From Pelomyxa schiedti (taxonomy: Eukaryota; Protista; Evosea): a stretch of DNA of 53,975 nt. A model generated the notes under the pieces. It saw only the letters and a program-made list of their open reading frames with translations, did not search any database and had not been told where the DNA came from. Of this stretch, positions 36,942 to 49,883 are shown piece by piece. Within the stretch, counting starts at the first letter, position 1, and each line of letters begins with the position of its first letter. Where the stretch lies: NCBI GenBank assembly GCA_020536535.1, contig JAHLWZ010000057.1, positions 1-53,975 on the forward strand, read 5' to 3'. The position numbers were made by a program, and so were the translations under genes.

Positions 36942-39900
36942 TCATAACAGGGTGGTTTCAGTGGCGGTTACAGTGACCTTCATAGACGCGGCTATTGCAG
37001 CGACGCACTGGGCAGCGGGTTCCTGGGCCACAGCGGGGACGCAGATGGAGGCTGTGGCCGTGGCAGATGATCCCGCCCTGGTGACCCTGACGAACCCAGC
37101 GAGGTTCCTGTCGGGCCCGAACAGCAGCTCGGTGACCATGAAGTGGTAGTCGATGGTGTGCGCCGCCACCAGCAGATTATGGGTCACGGGGAGCCCGCTG
37201 CTCTGCGGGCCAACGAACGCGGTGACGGCAGGAGCAGGGGCATGGCTAAGCCACGCCGACACTTCTTGCTCGTCGTCGATCCTGCGGCCGGGGAATTAGT
37301 TGCAGTGGCTGTTTGTAGGCAATTTTTTTTTTTTTTGTGTAAATTGTGCGTTAGTGTAATGCACTTCGGGTGGATTTTTTTTTTTTTTTTTTTTGGGTTT
37401 AGCGTTGGGGTTGATTGTGAGGTGGTATGTTTGAGTGGAATGGGATGGAATGGGTACCTAATTGGACGCCAAAGGTGCGGTTTGGAGGCAATTGAGACTT
37501 CGTTGTAGAGCTCACAGGGGTAGGGGGTAATTACGGGCTAGGGAGAAGTAGCGGTTTGTTGTTGTGGGGAAAAAAGCAAGTCAAACCTTGGACACTCCCT
37601 TGTTGGGTTCCCAGAGTACGATCCTAGCATCAATGGCTGACATGGTGCGCTCAGAAGCGAAAAGAGGGTTGATATCCACTTCCTGCGGAACGGTGGTGAG
37701 GGCTTGGTGTTGAATGTACTGGAAGAAACCTTGATTTCGGGATGAGAGGTAATCATGTAACTGAAAGCGATGAGGATGTTCTCCAATTTTTCCATGTCAA
37801 CTGGACCTTGGCCCCTTACTCCTTTCAGTGCTTTGGAAACCTTGGTCTGCATAGTAATTGTGAGTAACTTATATTGCCAGCAAGAAAAAGACCTTGCGGA
37901 TCAGTGAGGCAGCAGTAATGCTGTTCAACGGAGGAAGGGCAATGGCTGTGTCATTGAAAACTTCTACAAGCTTTCCACCCAAGCCAAAGGCAAGAATTGG
38001 ACCAAGCAGGGGGTCGCAATTGCATCCCAGCAAAAGTTCATATCCCTCAGAAATGTTGAGCATGGGTTGAACTGTTACACCCATGAAATGCTTCTCAAAA
38101 GAATCAGGGTGGTGCTTCCGAAGGTTTGCCTAAATGAAGAGATGGTCAGAGATTTGTCATTACAAAGAAATGGGATGACTTTAATCTCATTGAAGGCGGT
38201 TCGAATTTCTGCTTCATTCTTAATGTTCAGCATTACACCGCCGACATCTGATTTATGGGTAATGGTTTCAGACAACAGCTTGAGAACCAATGGGAACCCT
38301 AAAAACACTGTTATTGAACTGAAAGGAAATAAGTTCCTTACCCATTGCAACTCCAATCTTCACAGCCTCATCTTCGGTCCTGGCTGGAAGGGTTTCACAT
38401 ACAGGAATTCCATAGGACTTCATTAGGAGTTTGGATTCCGCTTCAGTGAGAATGGTTCTTCCGGATTGCACCACCTGGAAAAAAAAAATCAGTGTTGAAA
38501 TTGGAAATCTCTATGAAAGAAACCTGGGTCAACATTTGATCCGCTTGTCTCTTCGCATTGATGAAGAAAGGAATTTCGAAGGGAGATTTCCTTGGTACTG
38601 CTTCTAACAGAGCTCTATTTTGATGTGCCTTCATAAATCCCATATAAGCACGTGCTGAGCTGTCGGGATAGGCATAGGTGGGAACACCTAAGATTCCAAA
38701 TTAATTTGAAATGGAAAACTCAGCCTGGGCATACCTCCTTCAATTAGAATTCGCCGACTGTTTTCCATATCCAGGTAACCAAACAAGGCAACCATAACAG
38801 GTTTCCTGGTTCGTTGGCAAAGTAGTTTCAAAGACTAATGAAACTTGAGAGTAAAATGCATTCTTGGTACTACATACCCCAACAAGAGTAGATGGCGGGA
38901 TGTAAGGCAGTGCAACCAAACTCACAATGACTCCGTCAACATCAGGCAAGTTTGCCATGGCTTCGAAGCAACGTTGGAAATTTTCTGGGGTGGCACTCCC
39001 AGTAAGATCCATGGGATTTGTGTGTGACCAGAAGGTTGGCATTCCAGGAGATAGCTCTTCAATAACTTTTTCTGGTATCTTGTACATCACTGCTCCATTC
39101 TACACGTGTAAAATGATGAAAAAGAAAATTTCATTACCTCATAACAGACATCAGAGACCATCACTCCAGCACCACCAGAAATTGTTATCATAACACAATT
39201 TGGACCAGTGGGAAGAGTTGGAGCAACTGTAACAGTGGCAAGCTGAAAAAGAGATTAACGAGTGAATAGAAGAGCAGGGCATACATCAAAGAATTCTTCA
39301 AGAGTATCAACGCGAAGAATACTGGACAAGTTGCAGGCGGCATCCACACCGGCATTGCTTCCCATAAGACCTCCTGTGTGGGAGGTAACAACTTTACCAA
39401 CTTCCTAGAAAAGAGTGAAACGAAAAAAAGGACACTGCACCATACCGGAGTTTTTCCTGGCTTGATAAGGACGATTGGCTTCACACGTGATACTTCACGG
39501 GCAGCAGCAAGGAAGTCAGTTGCTTCTTCTGGTGAATTACCCATAGTTTCCATGTACATGAAAATGCTATTCACTTCTGGGTCTGCTCCAAAGTACCAAA
39601 GAAGATCTCCCCTGGTTGAAAATGAGAATGGGTTGGTGTTTTTTGAGGGAAAACCAGTTCACGTCCATCATTGAGCCAACGGAAACGCACGCCTTCAGAC
39701 CAATGTGGTATCTATAGGTCATATCTATCATTGAGAGAACAATTCCTCCACTCTGACTGATAAGTGCGATTTTTCCCTAATATTAGTCTGTGAGTACCCG
39801 AGATTTAATCAGTAAAAGCAAACCTTCTTGGGAGTTTGTGTGCAAAAGGTCGCATTCAAACCGGTATCCATGTCAAGAACTCCAATGCAGTTTGGTCCAA

Positions 39901-40487
39901 CAAGGTGAGTGCGGCCATTGCTGCGCTTCAACTCCAGTGAAATCTGATCTTCAAGAGCTTTTCCAGCGGCTCCTATCTCCTTGAATCCAGCACTGATAAC
40001 AACAATGGCCTGTGTGTGGGATGAAGTTAGAATAACCAAGGTAGTTAGATGTTATTGTTTGTTATGGGATTTATGTAGGAACCTGGACTCCCAAGTCAAC
40101 GCACTGCTTGACTACTTCGAGAACAAACTTGGCCGGTACAACAATAACAACCATCTCAGGGATTTCAGGGCACTTGTCAATTGATGGATAGCAAGTTACA
40201 CCAAGTAATGTCTTTCTGTTCGGGTTCACCAAGTATATGTTCCCCTTGAATCTCTGCAACACAAAATCAGCTTCCCATCGTACCGTGGTATCCTTATGTT
40301 AGCTTATGATAGCTTAAAAAAAATTTTGTCGTGTTTTAAAACAATTTCCATAATTTCACACAGATTGAGAGTCCAACAGATTCATTGTGGTCTCGCGGCC
40401 GGCACCTGATTTATCAGTTGCACCTACACATGCCACGCTTTTTGGCGCAAAAAAGGCCCTCATCCATTCCCTCTTGTTGGACAACAT
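36942..40487 (-). CDS. ACD: Acetate-CoA ligase (ADP-forming), fused alpha-beta type, with a C-terminal degenerate GNAT-like domain
   Basis: FFAPKSVACVGATDK; IYLVNP; VVISAGFKEIG; LVGPNCIGV; ALISQSGG; MYMETMG; SHTGG (His-alpha); NPMDLTG; LTEAESKLLMKSYGIP; THKSDVGGV (His-beta); GPILAFGLGG; EVDINPL..DARIV; then RPIRIDDE..TIDY. Confidence 0.92.
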
Positions 40488-40814
40488 TTTGTTTGGTTGT
40501 TGTTTTCTGTTCACAACTGAACCGGCGTCACCTGCTTGTTCCTTTTTTTTTTGTTGTTTTTTGCGTGACGAATCTTGTGGAAGGTTTCTTTTTGTTCTGT
40601 GTGTTTTTTAGGGTTCCAGTAAAAGTGTTAACGTAAGGAAATGGAAGGTGATCAGCAGAAAACTAACAGAAGAAACACCACAAAATATTTTCATTTTGAG
40701 TGACATAGGGCCGAAAAGGGCAACCGGGAGGGCTTGTGTGTATTTTGTGGATTGTGCAGTTTGTGTTTGGAGGGAGTTTTTGTTTACTATTTTTTTTGTT
40801 TTCCAAGAGGCTGT

Positions 40815-41881
40815 TTAGTTCTTGGCTTCTGCCTTCTTCTTCTTCTCGGCTTCCTTGGCAATGCGTCTGTGCTTGAGCTTGAGGTTCTTCTTGATGCGCT
40901 TGGTGAGTTGGAGCTTGCGTCTCATCATTCTGAGCTGTTGGAAAACGCTCCTCTGTAATCCGGTTAGAATGCGGAACTAATGGAAGAGAAATTGTACTGA
41001 CCTTTCGCTCCTCCTCGGTAATAGCGCGAGCAGGGAACTTCTCGTGTACTTGGCGGATTGGGAGGATTTTGCTCTTGGGGTTGGTGATCTGTGTTACCTT
41101 CTTGAGCTCAGCTGGGCTGGCGTCACCCTTCTTGGGGTGATGTGGCTTGACGGGGAACAAGAGAAGCTTTGACCTGAGTTGAGTAAGGGCTGTGGAGTCA
41201 CGAAATAATTGGTTACTTGTAAAGTCTGAGTCTCTGAACGTTCAGGCGGAAACTCTCCTCTGACCAGTTTTTGCGTCTCTTATCAAAGGAAATACCAATC
41301 GTGCGGGCAACGCTGGGTGTAAGACCGACTTCCTTTCGTACTTCCAGTTAGGAACAACACCACCCATGTAGATACAAACCTTGAGTTCCTGGAGGGTGAA
41401 GCCGCGTCCTTGCCTCAAGCGCATGTTGTACCTTTGGGTTGGTGGGCGAACTGCTGGCCTGAGTGGCCCCTGTAATGTTGTGTGAGGAAGCACCACAATG
41501 CCAACACGTTGTTTACCGTAATTGGGCGAGGGAAGATGGCTTTGGCTTTGGCAACTCGGGCTACACGTCTGCTCCTCTTGTGTCCTGGCTGGAAGAACCA
41601 TGTCTTGATTCTAATGCCCAGACACAGTGAGAAAAGTGGCGTGTGTTTCACCAGCACAGCACAACAAAACTGGGGTAAAAAAAACGGTACGTAGAGGTCG
41701 AAAAAGAAGCCGAAACAGCGTGTCCCCAGCGCGGGGAAAAAAAAAAAAACGCGACAAACGCGCGTTAAAAAACAACACAAAGGGCAACACATAGGGGAGG
41801 GAAAAAAAACGAAAAGGCGAACCTGTCCATCCAGTGTTTGTGGAAGTGGGTGCTATGGATCATGCGATTGCGGCTCGGCAT
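40815..41881 (-). CDS. RPL13: 60S ribosomal protein L13 (eL13)
   Basis: [99 protein letters not shown]. Confidence 0.96.
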
Positions 41882-42245
41882 TTTCTATGACTGACGACAA
41901 CAAGGGGCGACGACCCGGTGTGTGAGATCTACGGCTGGCGTGTCACCAAAAAAGTCGTAAAGGACTTTATTTTTCTATTTTTTTCATCTTTCTCCCAATT
42001 AAAGGCCAGCGTCACAACTGCAAATGAGTATTTCTTTTTCCCTTAATCTTTTCTATCCGTTGCCTCGGAAGTCGGCTTCCTCACAACTACGTGGATAAGC
42101 TCTCTCTCCGTGTGCGCGTTCTCCCTTACGGCGGGGCGTTTCCTCCGCGGATCTCTCAGTCTCTCGTTCCACTAACATCAGCTGTCTCGGAAAAAGAGCC
42201 GAAAACCCGACAAGGTACAAAAAACAAATACAATCGAAGGAGGTG
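41882..42245. promoter_or_regulatory. Probable bidirectional promoter between RPL13 and the small ORF at 42246
   Basis: Divergent starts only ~365 bp apart; inferred from layout only. Confidence 0.4.
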
Positions 42246-42893
42246 ATGGCTGCGACATCGGGTGATAATTTTGCGGGGTTGTTGGCTGCTGTGACACCTC
42301 AGCTGTTTGCCATCCCTGGCGTAACAGGCGTTGTTAAAGGTTTCCTTTTTTCCTCACAAGTGGGAATTTTTTTTTTTTTTTTTTGGTTTTCTCCTCACGA
42401 TTAAAAATGTTTATGTTTATTTTATTGTTTTGGTTTGAAGCCACTTATTGGTTGACGCAGGACAAAAGCTTGTCAACGGAGCCAAAGTGCCGGCTGTGGT
42501 TATTTATGTGAACAAAAAACTGCCCCCAACAGAGTGCGCTACATTGATACCGAGCACTCTTACTGACCCTGCAACCGGGTATGTTCATATCTTCTTTGCC
42601 GGGGAGCTTCTTCGTTCGTTCACCGGCGTTACTAATTAAAGATCATGTTAAGTTAACAGCATGAATGCGTTTAACATAACATACCAAAACCCAGGAAAAA
42701 TATAATGGTGGCTTAAACTGTCAACTAACATGACGTACTACTACGCAGATTCAGTGCACCCACCGACGTTGTTGAGAGGGCCAAGACCGGGCCATCAGGG
42801 GAGGACATGGGCGAACTTGGTGCAACCGGCTCTCTCCTTAAGAAGAGCACTGCGCGCTTCGACGATGACATGAGTGCATTCGATGACCTGTAA
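42246..42893 (+). CDS. Small 3-exon protein (~120 aa) resembling the N-terminal domain of prokaryotic trypsin-like / Nal1-type proteases, without a protease domain
   Basis: Spliced product MAATSGDNFAGLLAAVTPQLFAIPGVTGVVKGQKLVNGAKVPAVVIYVNKKLPPTECATLIPSTLTDPATGFSAPTDVVERAKTGPSGEDMGELGATGSLLKKSTARFDDDMSAFDDL*; intron phases are consistent. Confidence 0.7.
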
Positions 42894-43269
42894 TACAAAC
42901 AACACCCACCACACCAACCACAACAACCAAACAAACAACAAACGAATATGTTTCACTTACTACAAACACCTTTACTCACATGCACACTCTGTCACTAATG
43001 AAACTATGGACTGTACCGATTATGCAGTTCACAGCTTCAAAGTCTGTTTGAATCCTGCCAAAACCGGATGATGTTTCCAGTTTTCGTCGGCTTTGATCAT
43101 CACATCTTGGGGAACGCGTTCGGTCTCGAAACCCAGCGAAAAAAAAAGAACAAAAAAACCACAACAACAGGGAGCCGCGCCCCCGCGTCGACGACGACAA
43201 CGACGCTCCCTCTCGATCTATCAGAGTCAATTATCACACCTAGCAGGGGAGTGAGTGTTTTTGATTGAC

Positions 43270-46200
43270 ATGTCAGCAACGAGCAGCAGCACGGCTGACC
43301 CGCCGTCGCCGTCGCCGTCACCGTCGCCAGCTCCGTCTGCGCTGTCGGCGAGCACGAGCAAGGCGGACAAGGCTAGGATGGAGAAGGAGCGGGCCAAGAT
43401 CGCCAGGAAGCGGGCCAGGCTCGTGGACCCAACCGCCAACCTCACGACCAGGGTCAAGGTACACCCCCCCTCACACCCACGGTCCCCGTACCCCACCTTT
43501 CCCTTGCGTGTAGCTGTGCTGCACCGAAATTATGGGAGGGGAGGGTGAGTGTGACCTTTTTGTTGATGGACTATTGTTGCCTTAATGTTTTTTTTTTGTT
43601 TGTTTGTTTGTTTGTTTGTTTGTTTGTTTGTTTGTTTGTTTGTTTGTTTGTTTGTTTGTTTGTTTGTTTGTTTGTTTGTTTGTTTGTTTGTTTGTTTGTT
43701 TGTGTGTTTGTTTTTTCCCTCCCTCCCTGAGTATTATCTTCTCTGACATCATCTCCCTTGATTGTCTATATTAGTCTTTGGTCAGCTTGGTGCAACATGA
43801 CTCGGAGGAAGGATGTGGTGAATTGTTTGCGAACCATCATGCACTTGTTTTGCAAGCATTTACTGATACGATGGGAATACATGATGCTAATGCCAAGAAA
43901 GGTTTGAGACTTGCAGAAGCAGTACAACCTTAACACACCCTGTAGGAAAGCATTGCACCGAAAAAGATATCAAAGTTATGCAGACAATGTTAAGGCTAAT
44001 TAGTTTGCATCTATCATCAGATGTAAGAGATCCAAGAACCAACAGGCAGATGCGTACGTCCAACCAAATTTAAAAGTCCCTTCCACTCAGCACTAAAAAA
44101 GTGGGTCTTATGGAGAAGATGCTGTATATTGAAAATGCGGTATCAGTACGACAGACAACATTTGAAATCTTGATGCTAATGGGGGAAGCTTTTCCTGCCC
44201 CAGATGACCAAATTGTAAAGCTTCTAATCAGGTTAATTGTTTCCTTTTCCCAGTCTTGTACCGACTCTGCTAGTTCTTTACATCTGGTCGCATTTCAAGG
44301 GGAAGCTGGCCTAATTGCCATTTTACCTTCGGCGCTTTCGGGTGTGTTCCTCACCATACAGACTTCTTCTGAATCCTGCAGCCCCAGACAAGTATTCTGC
44401 ATATTTCCCTGGGCCTGTCTCTGGCAAAAACGAATGCCGAGATTTTTTGGAATTGTACTTCCATTACACTGGTTTCAGTTTAATACACATGAACCTCCCC
44501 TAATGAAAATCACAGCACGTAGTCCCACAGCGTTCAACTTTTGGTTCCCCACCACGAGACAAATACTTGCTTTACTTTATCCTGATGTTTCTGCTTTAAT
44601 TGAAGTTCCCAATACTCACCCAGGTCATTCATGAATATCACGGTAACAAGGCCTTATTTCACACTAGATCATGGATTTAAAAAGGGCTCCTGCCCTCCTG
44701 AACTACAGGCCGTTGTGGAATCAAATCTATGCACATGGTTGGAGTCTGACAAGTTATGCCCTATATTATTAGCTGATCCAAAACAGTACCAGCTGGTTCT
44801 TGAGGTAACCTATCTAAAGAATCAGAAAAAAAAAATCACATGTGCAGGTATATCGATCATGCCTGAGAATGCCATCGACCTTGTGCAAGACTATTTCGCA
44901 CTGCATCAATACTTACGCTACTTTATTCATTTATAACTGGAAAACAAGACAGTTACCTAATATGACCGACATTCTTAATTACCAAAAGGTCTTTTTTTCC
45001 TGTTTCACTTCTTTTCTGAAATTGGAAAAAGCTTATTCTTGAGGAAATGGTTACTATTTTTGGATTCTCCGTTTCAAAGAATCCAAGTGACCACGTTATT
45101 CAAGACGCTGTCATCAAATATTTCTTTCAGATGATTGAGGCATATGACTCTTTGGAACCAGCCACCAGGTCGCGTCTTTTCCCCTCTTTTTCCTCATTAA
45201 TTTGAGTCAGAACCGTGTTTCTTCTTACTTTGTGTAAATGTGCAACCACCCTTATCACAAGTGCCACAGCTTCTGTCCCAAGTGGGGAGCCTGTCAAGGG
45301 TGTTTTGATTGATGTGTGTCAGATTCTTTGCATCTTTAATCACAACTGAGGAATTACAGACACTATTGACAGCTTGGATAACATCCAAGATGACTGAGTG
45401 GCCAATGTGGCAAGAATTACACAAATGTCTCGAAGCTTGTGCTCAATGTAACATGGAAGTGTTGAACCAAATCAAGGTTGCTTTTTTTCCAAGTTTCCAC
45501 CTTTTACACAGCTAGATCAAACTCGAACACCTTAGCAACTTGCTCATTGATATGTGCTATCCTCTTGCAGTCAAGTTAAAAACCCCAGCAGCAACTGAGG
45601 GATCCGACACAAGAAAACAGAAAAAAGACACAGTTTTGGTTTGAACTTACACCCTCCAAATGTCGAAGTAAAATTTTTCCAAGACACTTGAATCTCGAGA
45701 TCTCAACGCGAAAAGAACAAACAGGTCTACAAAAAAAAAAAAAAAAAAAAAGGCTTTCATCTCACCTTCCTCAGGGATCCACATCTAGAGAAACTACCCC
45801 TACAAGTGGATTTACTTACTTGGCTTTGGCATGCTGTATTACGTAATGCAACAGAAATTTTCAGATTCTATCTTATGCCAGTTCAGATTCGTTTACCAAT
45901 ATAAGTCAGTTCAAGTCACCCAAGAATTATGAGGGTGGTATTGCGGTTATAACAGGCATAATGGACATGTTCCTTAATGCTGAAGAACTGGCTGAAATTG
46001 AAAAACCTGGTCGGTTCGTATTACTTTGTTTTATTCTGAACCCTTTTGCAGTAATCACTGACTCGAAGAGATTACCGCTTTATCGAGTCTTTTGTCCGTA
46101 CCTTTTTGAAGCCACAGTTAATGACGAGTAAGAGCGTGGGTCCTCTACTGTACACCAACACTCCTTGTGCAGGTCTAGATCTGGTGGAACTTCTCTGGCA

Positions 46201-49200
46201 TTTGGATCGCTTTGTCGTCTCTTTTGCCGCACCTATCCTGCAGTTCCTGTACAACTGCTATCACACTTCTATACTGCCCTTCGCAGGGTAGAACGCTCTC
46301 TCTTTTTTTCTTCATTTCTCAGGAACCAAACAGGGTCTCAAGTCAAATGATAAAAACGTGTGGTGGCAAATTATTGCTAACGGGTATAATATGTTCAGCA
46401 TTGCCCTTCCAGGGAGTTGCATATTGATTCCCTACTTTTTGCCTCGGCTCAAAGAAATGGTTGATTGAAGCCAAAATGTATATTGCCTTCTTACGATTTA
46501 ATCAAAAAATAGCTCACGACCTCAACTTCGAGCACACCACCATATGGAAAACAAAAGTGCATTGCAATGCTTTCTTCCTTGATTTGCTTCCCATCTCACT
46601 TCCCCAATCTGCACCTCAACACATACCCGCCTGGTAGTGTTCTGACTAGTGTGGCAGTGTGTTCTCCAAATCTTCGTTAACACGTTTATTCACCTTCCTC
46701 AGCTTCGAAACTTTGTACAAGATACATTGACAGCTGCACTTGGCCAGTGCACATCAGTGGATACGAGGATATCTTGCCTTTGGAGCTTAACTGTGTGCAT
46801 TTTTGAAAACTGTGCACATTGGAAGTAAGAAGGAACCTCTCTACTTACCTGACGTTTTGCTGTAGCTCAGAAAACGTTGCTGATCTCATACAAGTCGTAC
46901 TTGTGTGTGCCGGCTCTGAGGATGTTGTGATTGCACGAACTGCATTACAATGCGTTTCCCTTATAGGAAATATCAGCAAAAAATTACCTCAAGTACTTCT
47001 TCTGAAACTCAATCTATCATTCATGTTTCACAGGACTTGCTTACAAATATTTTTGAAACTCTTTGTTCGTACATTTCACCAAATAAGATTTCTGGTTTGC
47101 TTGTTATACCAGAAAAGGAGATATTGTTAATTCACTAAAGAAATTGCACCATACATATACTTCTGTTTGTGTGATTGGGTCATTAGTGATGCCGTCTCTG
47201 AGACATTCCAAGACAAACTGTTCCAAGCAATAGAATTTGGTCTCTCATTCGGGGAAAAGGTTGCCTTTCTTGTTGTTTTGTCTCGTACTAACACCGAACA
47301 GCAAGAAGTTCAAGAAGTTCATAGTCTCGTTGCTGCCAGGCCTGCCCAAGCTGATCCTTCTGTGTCAGACAAAAAAAAGGGACTTCTCAGTTCAAAAAAG
47401 TTGCTTCCTTTGGAACAACTGTTGATGACTAAGACATTTCCAGGGGACTAATGAGTATTCGTCCTCGTAAAGAACCGTCTGGTACTGCTACTTCCGGGGC
47501 ACAGCCAGCAGTTGCTTCAAATGCTCCTCCCCCTGATTCTGCCGCTTACAACGAGAACGATCCAAGTGACAAGCGTGTGACCCTCAGGGTACAGTTTTTT
47601 TTAGGTTTATTCCGATTTTCTTAAAGGAAATTCAGGAAGCGGCAGAAATCCTGCTATTGCATACACTGCATTTCTTCCACAACTTCCCTTCCCCTGAAGG
47701 CATTGACATGTGGTGCTCTCAAATAAATGAGACTGATGACGGCGCCCTTGAGGAACATGCTACCTACTGGATCTTCAACAATATGCTTATCTTGACGGTT
47801 TTACCCATACCGAAAATGAAAAATGGTTTGGCTTGAAATTACCCTAATAGTAACTCTCTTCCCTGCTTACTTTCCTGATAGCTACTGCCAGAATGATCAT
47901 CCGTGATGCAGTGGGCAAGTGGGTCTGGGACTTCCACAATGTGAGGAAACTATCATACGTTTGCACATCTCCTCACATATATTCCTAGGTCAATACTATA
48001 GGTGAGACTGGACTTCCAGAGGGAGTGATAACAGCGGCAGACCAACCTGTTGCTGAAGACGAGCCAAGTGCAAAAGATAGAAGGACGAAAACAATTATGA
48101 CCACTCCTTCGCTGCTGAGTTCCAACAATAAAGTTTCTGAACTCTTGGCAAGGTCTCTTTTTTTACTGACGGAACATAAATTTTTATAATCGGCCTTTTT
48201 AGATTAGAGACACAACATCCAGAACTTCTGCAGTGGGTTCCCTCTTTCAAAGATCCTAGTGTGATACTTGCTCCTATTCAGCCGGCCCTTGATCAAATTG
48301 AAGAAAATCTCGAATCTTTCATACAATCGGAGCGTTCCGTGACAACTATCCACCCACCTCACCAGCACGGGTACTCCACTTTTTCTTTTTAAGTTTCTCT
48401 CATTGTAGAACACAACAACTTCCACAGGCAATTCCCTCAGCCACCACCTCCGTCGCAGCCACAATCCCCAGTACACTACACGCGAATGATTCTTCAACAA
48501 CTTGGTCTGACATCCCCTCTTTCTCCGATACCTCCACTCCTTGATCGAATTTCTCTGTCTGATAAATTTAGAAGGTAAGAGAGATTCTGAAGTTTTTAAT
48601 TTTCCAAGACATCTAACATCTGAGTTGCAGAAACATCACTCTTCTTGACAAAACACACGGACGGGAAGTGTATAAACTAGGTCTTATTTACGTTGCTGAA
48701 GGGCAAGAGACACAAAATGACATTCTTGCCAACACCCAGCTTACCGCTTCCAATCTTTATACTGACTTTGCCAATGGCTTGGGATGGCGTGTGGATGTAT
48801 CGACCCACAGAGGGTTTGCTTTCTTATCTATTTGATAGGGGTAAACTCACCTGACCCAGATACCTTGGAGGACTAGATAAAAACCAATCAACAGGTCACA
48901 CAACACTCTATTGGGCCAACTCCACGCTAGAAGTTATTTTCCATGAAGTAGTTCAAATGCCAACAGTGGAATCTGATCCACAACAGATTCAAAAGGCATG
49001 TCTAACTTCTATTTTCTCGTGAACTGATTCGCTCTTACCGCAAATCAGAAACGCCACGTGGGCAATGACTTTGTTCATATCATCTGGTCAGACCACCTGA
49101 GAGACTACAACCCCCTGACCATCACAAGTCAGTTTAATGACGCGCATATCATCATTTATCCTCTTCCGAATGGTTTATTCAGGATTCAAACGTACAAAAA

Positions 49201-49413
49201 ACCAACGGTACGATAGGATCCCTTTTGACTTAGTACTAATCAACTGGATAGCATACCGTTTACGGACCGCTTCAAAGCGGAATGGTGATAAACAAAGAAC
49301 TATTGTCAACTCTGGTGCGCGAGACAGCAGTCAATGCCAACAGAGCTATCAGTGCCTATAGGAATCCAGATGCCTACACTAGACCGTATTTCCATTCCTT
49401 CAATCGGCTATAA

Positions 49414-49447
<34 letters not shown>

Positions 49448-49828
49448 AACAAAAAACCAACATATAAAACAATCTTCTATCATTCAACAACAAACAGGTA
49501 CCTCAACCGGCGACGTTATATCACTGAGACTATTGATAGATACAAGTCTGATGCGCCATATCTCACCAACCTGACCTCAGTAATCACGGGTCTTGTTCAG
49601 CAGTCAACAACCACCCCCAACAATCCAGGCTCTCAACCTCCCCCCGACCAAACAGCCCAAGGTATTAGCTTCACACATAATGTCCATTCATTAACCTTGG
49701 TGCAGGAAATTCTTGACACAGTGAGGACAAGGCTTCGAAATCTCTATGTTTTTTTGTTATCTATTAATACACATTTTTTTGGCAAGAAGGAAAGGACCTG
49801 TCAGCAGTTGGCAGTTCTCTACTCATAA
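43270..49828 (+). CDS. Large RalGAP-alpha / tuberin-like protein with a C-terminal Rap-GAP domain; 3' end approximate
   Basis: N-terminus KIARKRARLVDPTANLTTRVK; C-terminus REVYKLGLIYVAEGQE..FANGLGWRVD..YLGGLD..EVIFHEVVQMP..KKRHVGNDFVHIIWSDH..ITSQFNDAHIIIYPLPNGLFRI (catalytic Asn in GND). Confidence 0.88.
43594..43700. repeat. (TTTG)n microsatellite of about 100 bp in RalGAP-like intron 1
   Basis: Direct reading of the sequence. Confidence 0.95.
49417..49445. repeat. (TA)n microsatellite in a late RalGAP-like intron
   Basis: Direct reading of the sequence. Confidence 0.9.
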
Positions 49829-49883
49829 AAAATGTTCCTCATCACTCAGTCAGAGTAGATCACCAACAAACGGTGGAATAAAA

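Larger units (their letters stand above)
33617..37195. repeat. Diverged direct duplication 33617-35364 vs 35465-37195 across an N gap (cyclase 5' half + acetate-CoA ligase 3' end)
   Basis: Collinear copies with substitutions and indels; indels seen in the cyclase first coding exon are in-frame. Confidence 0.9.
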
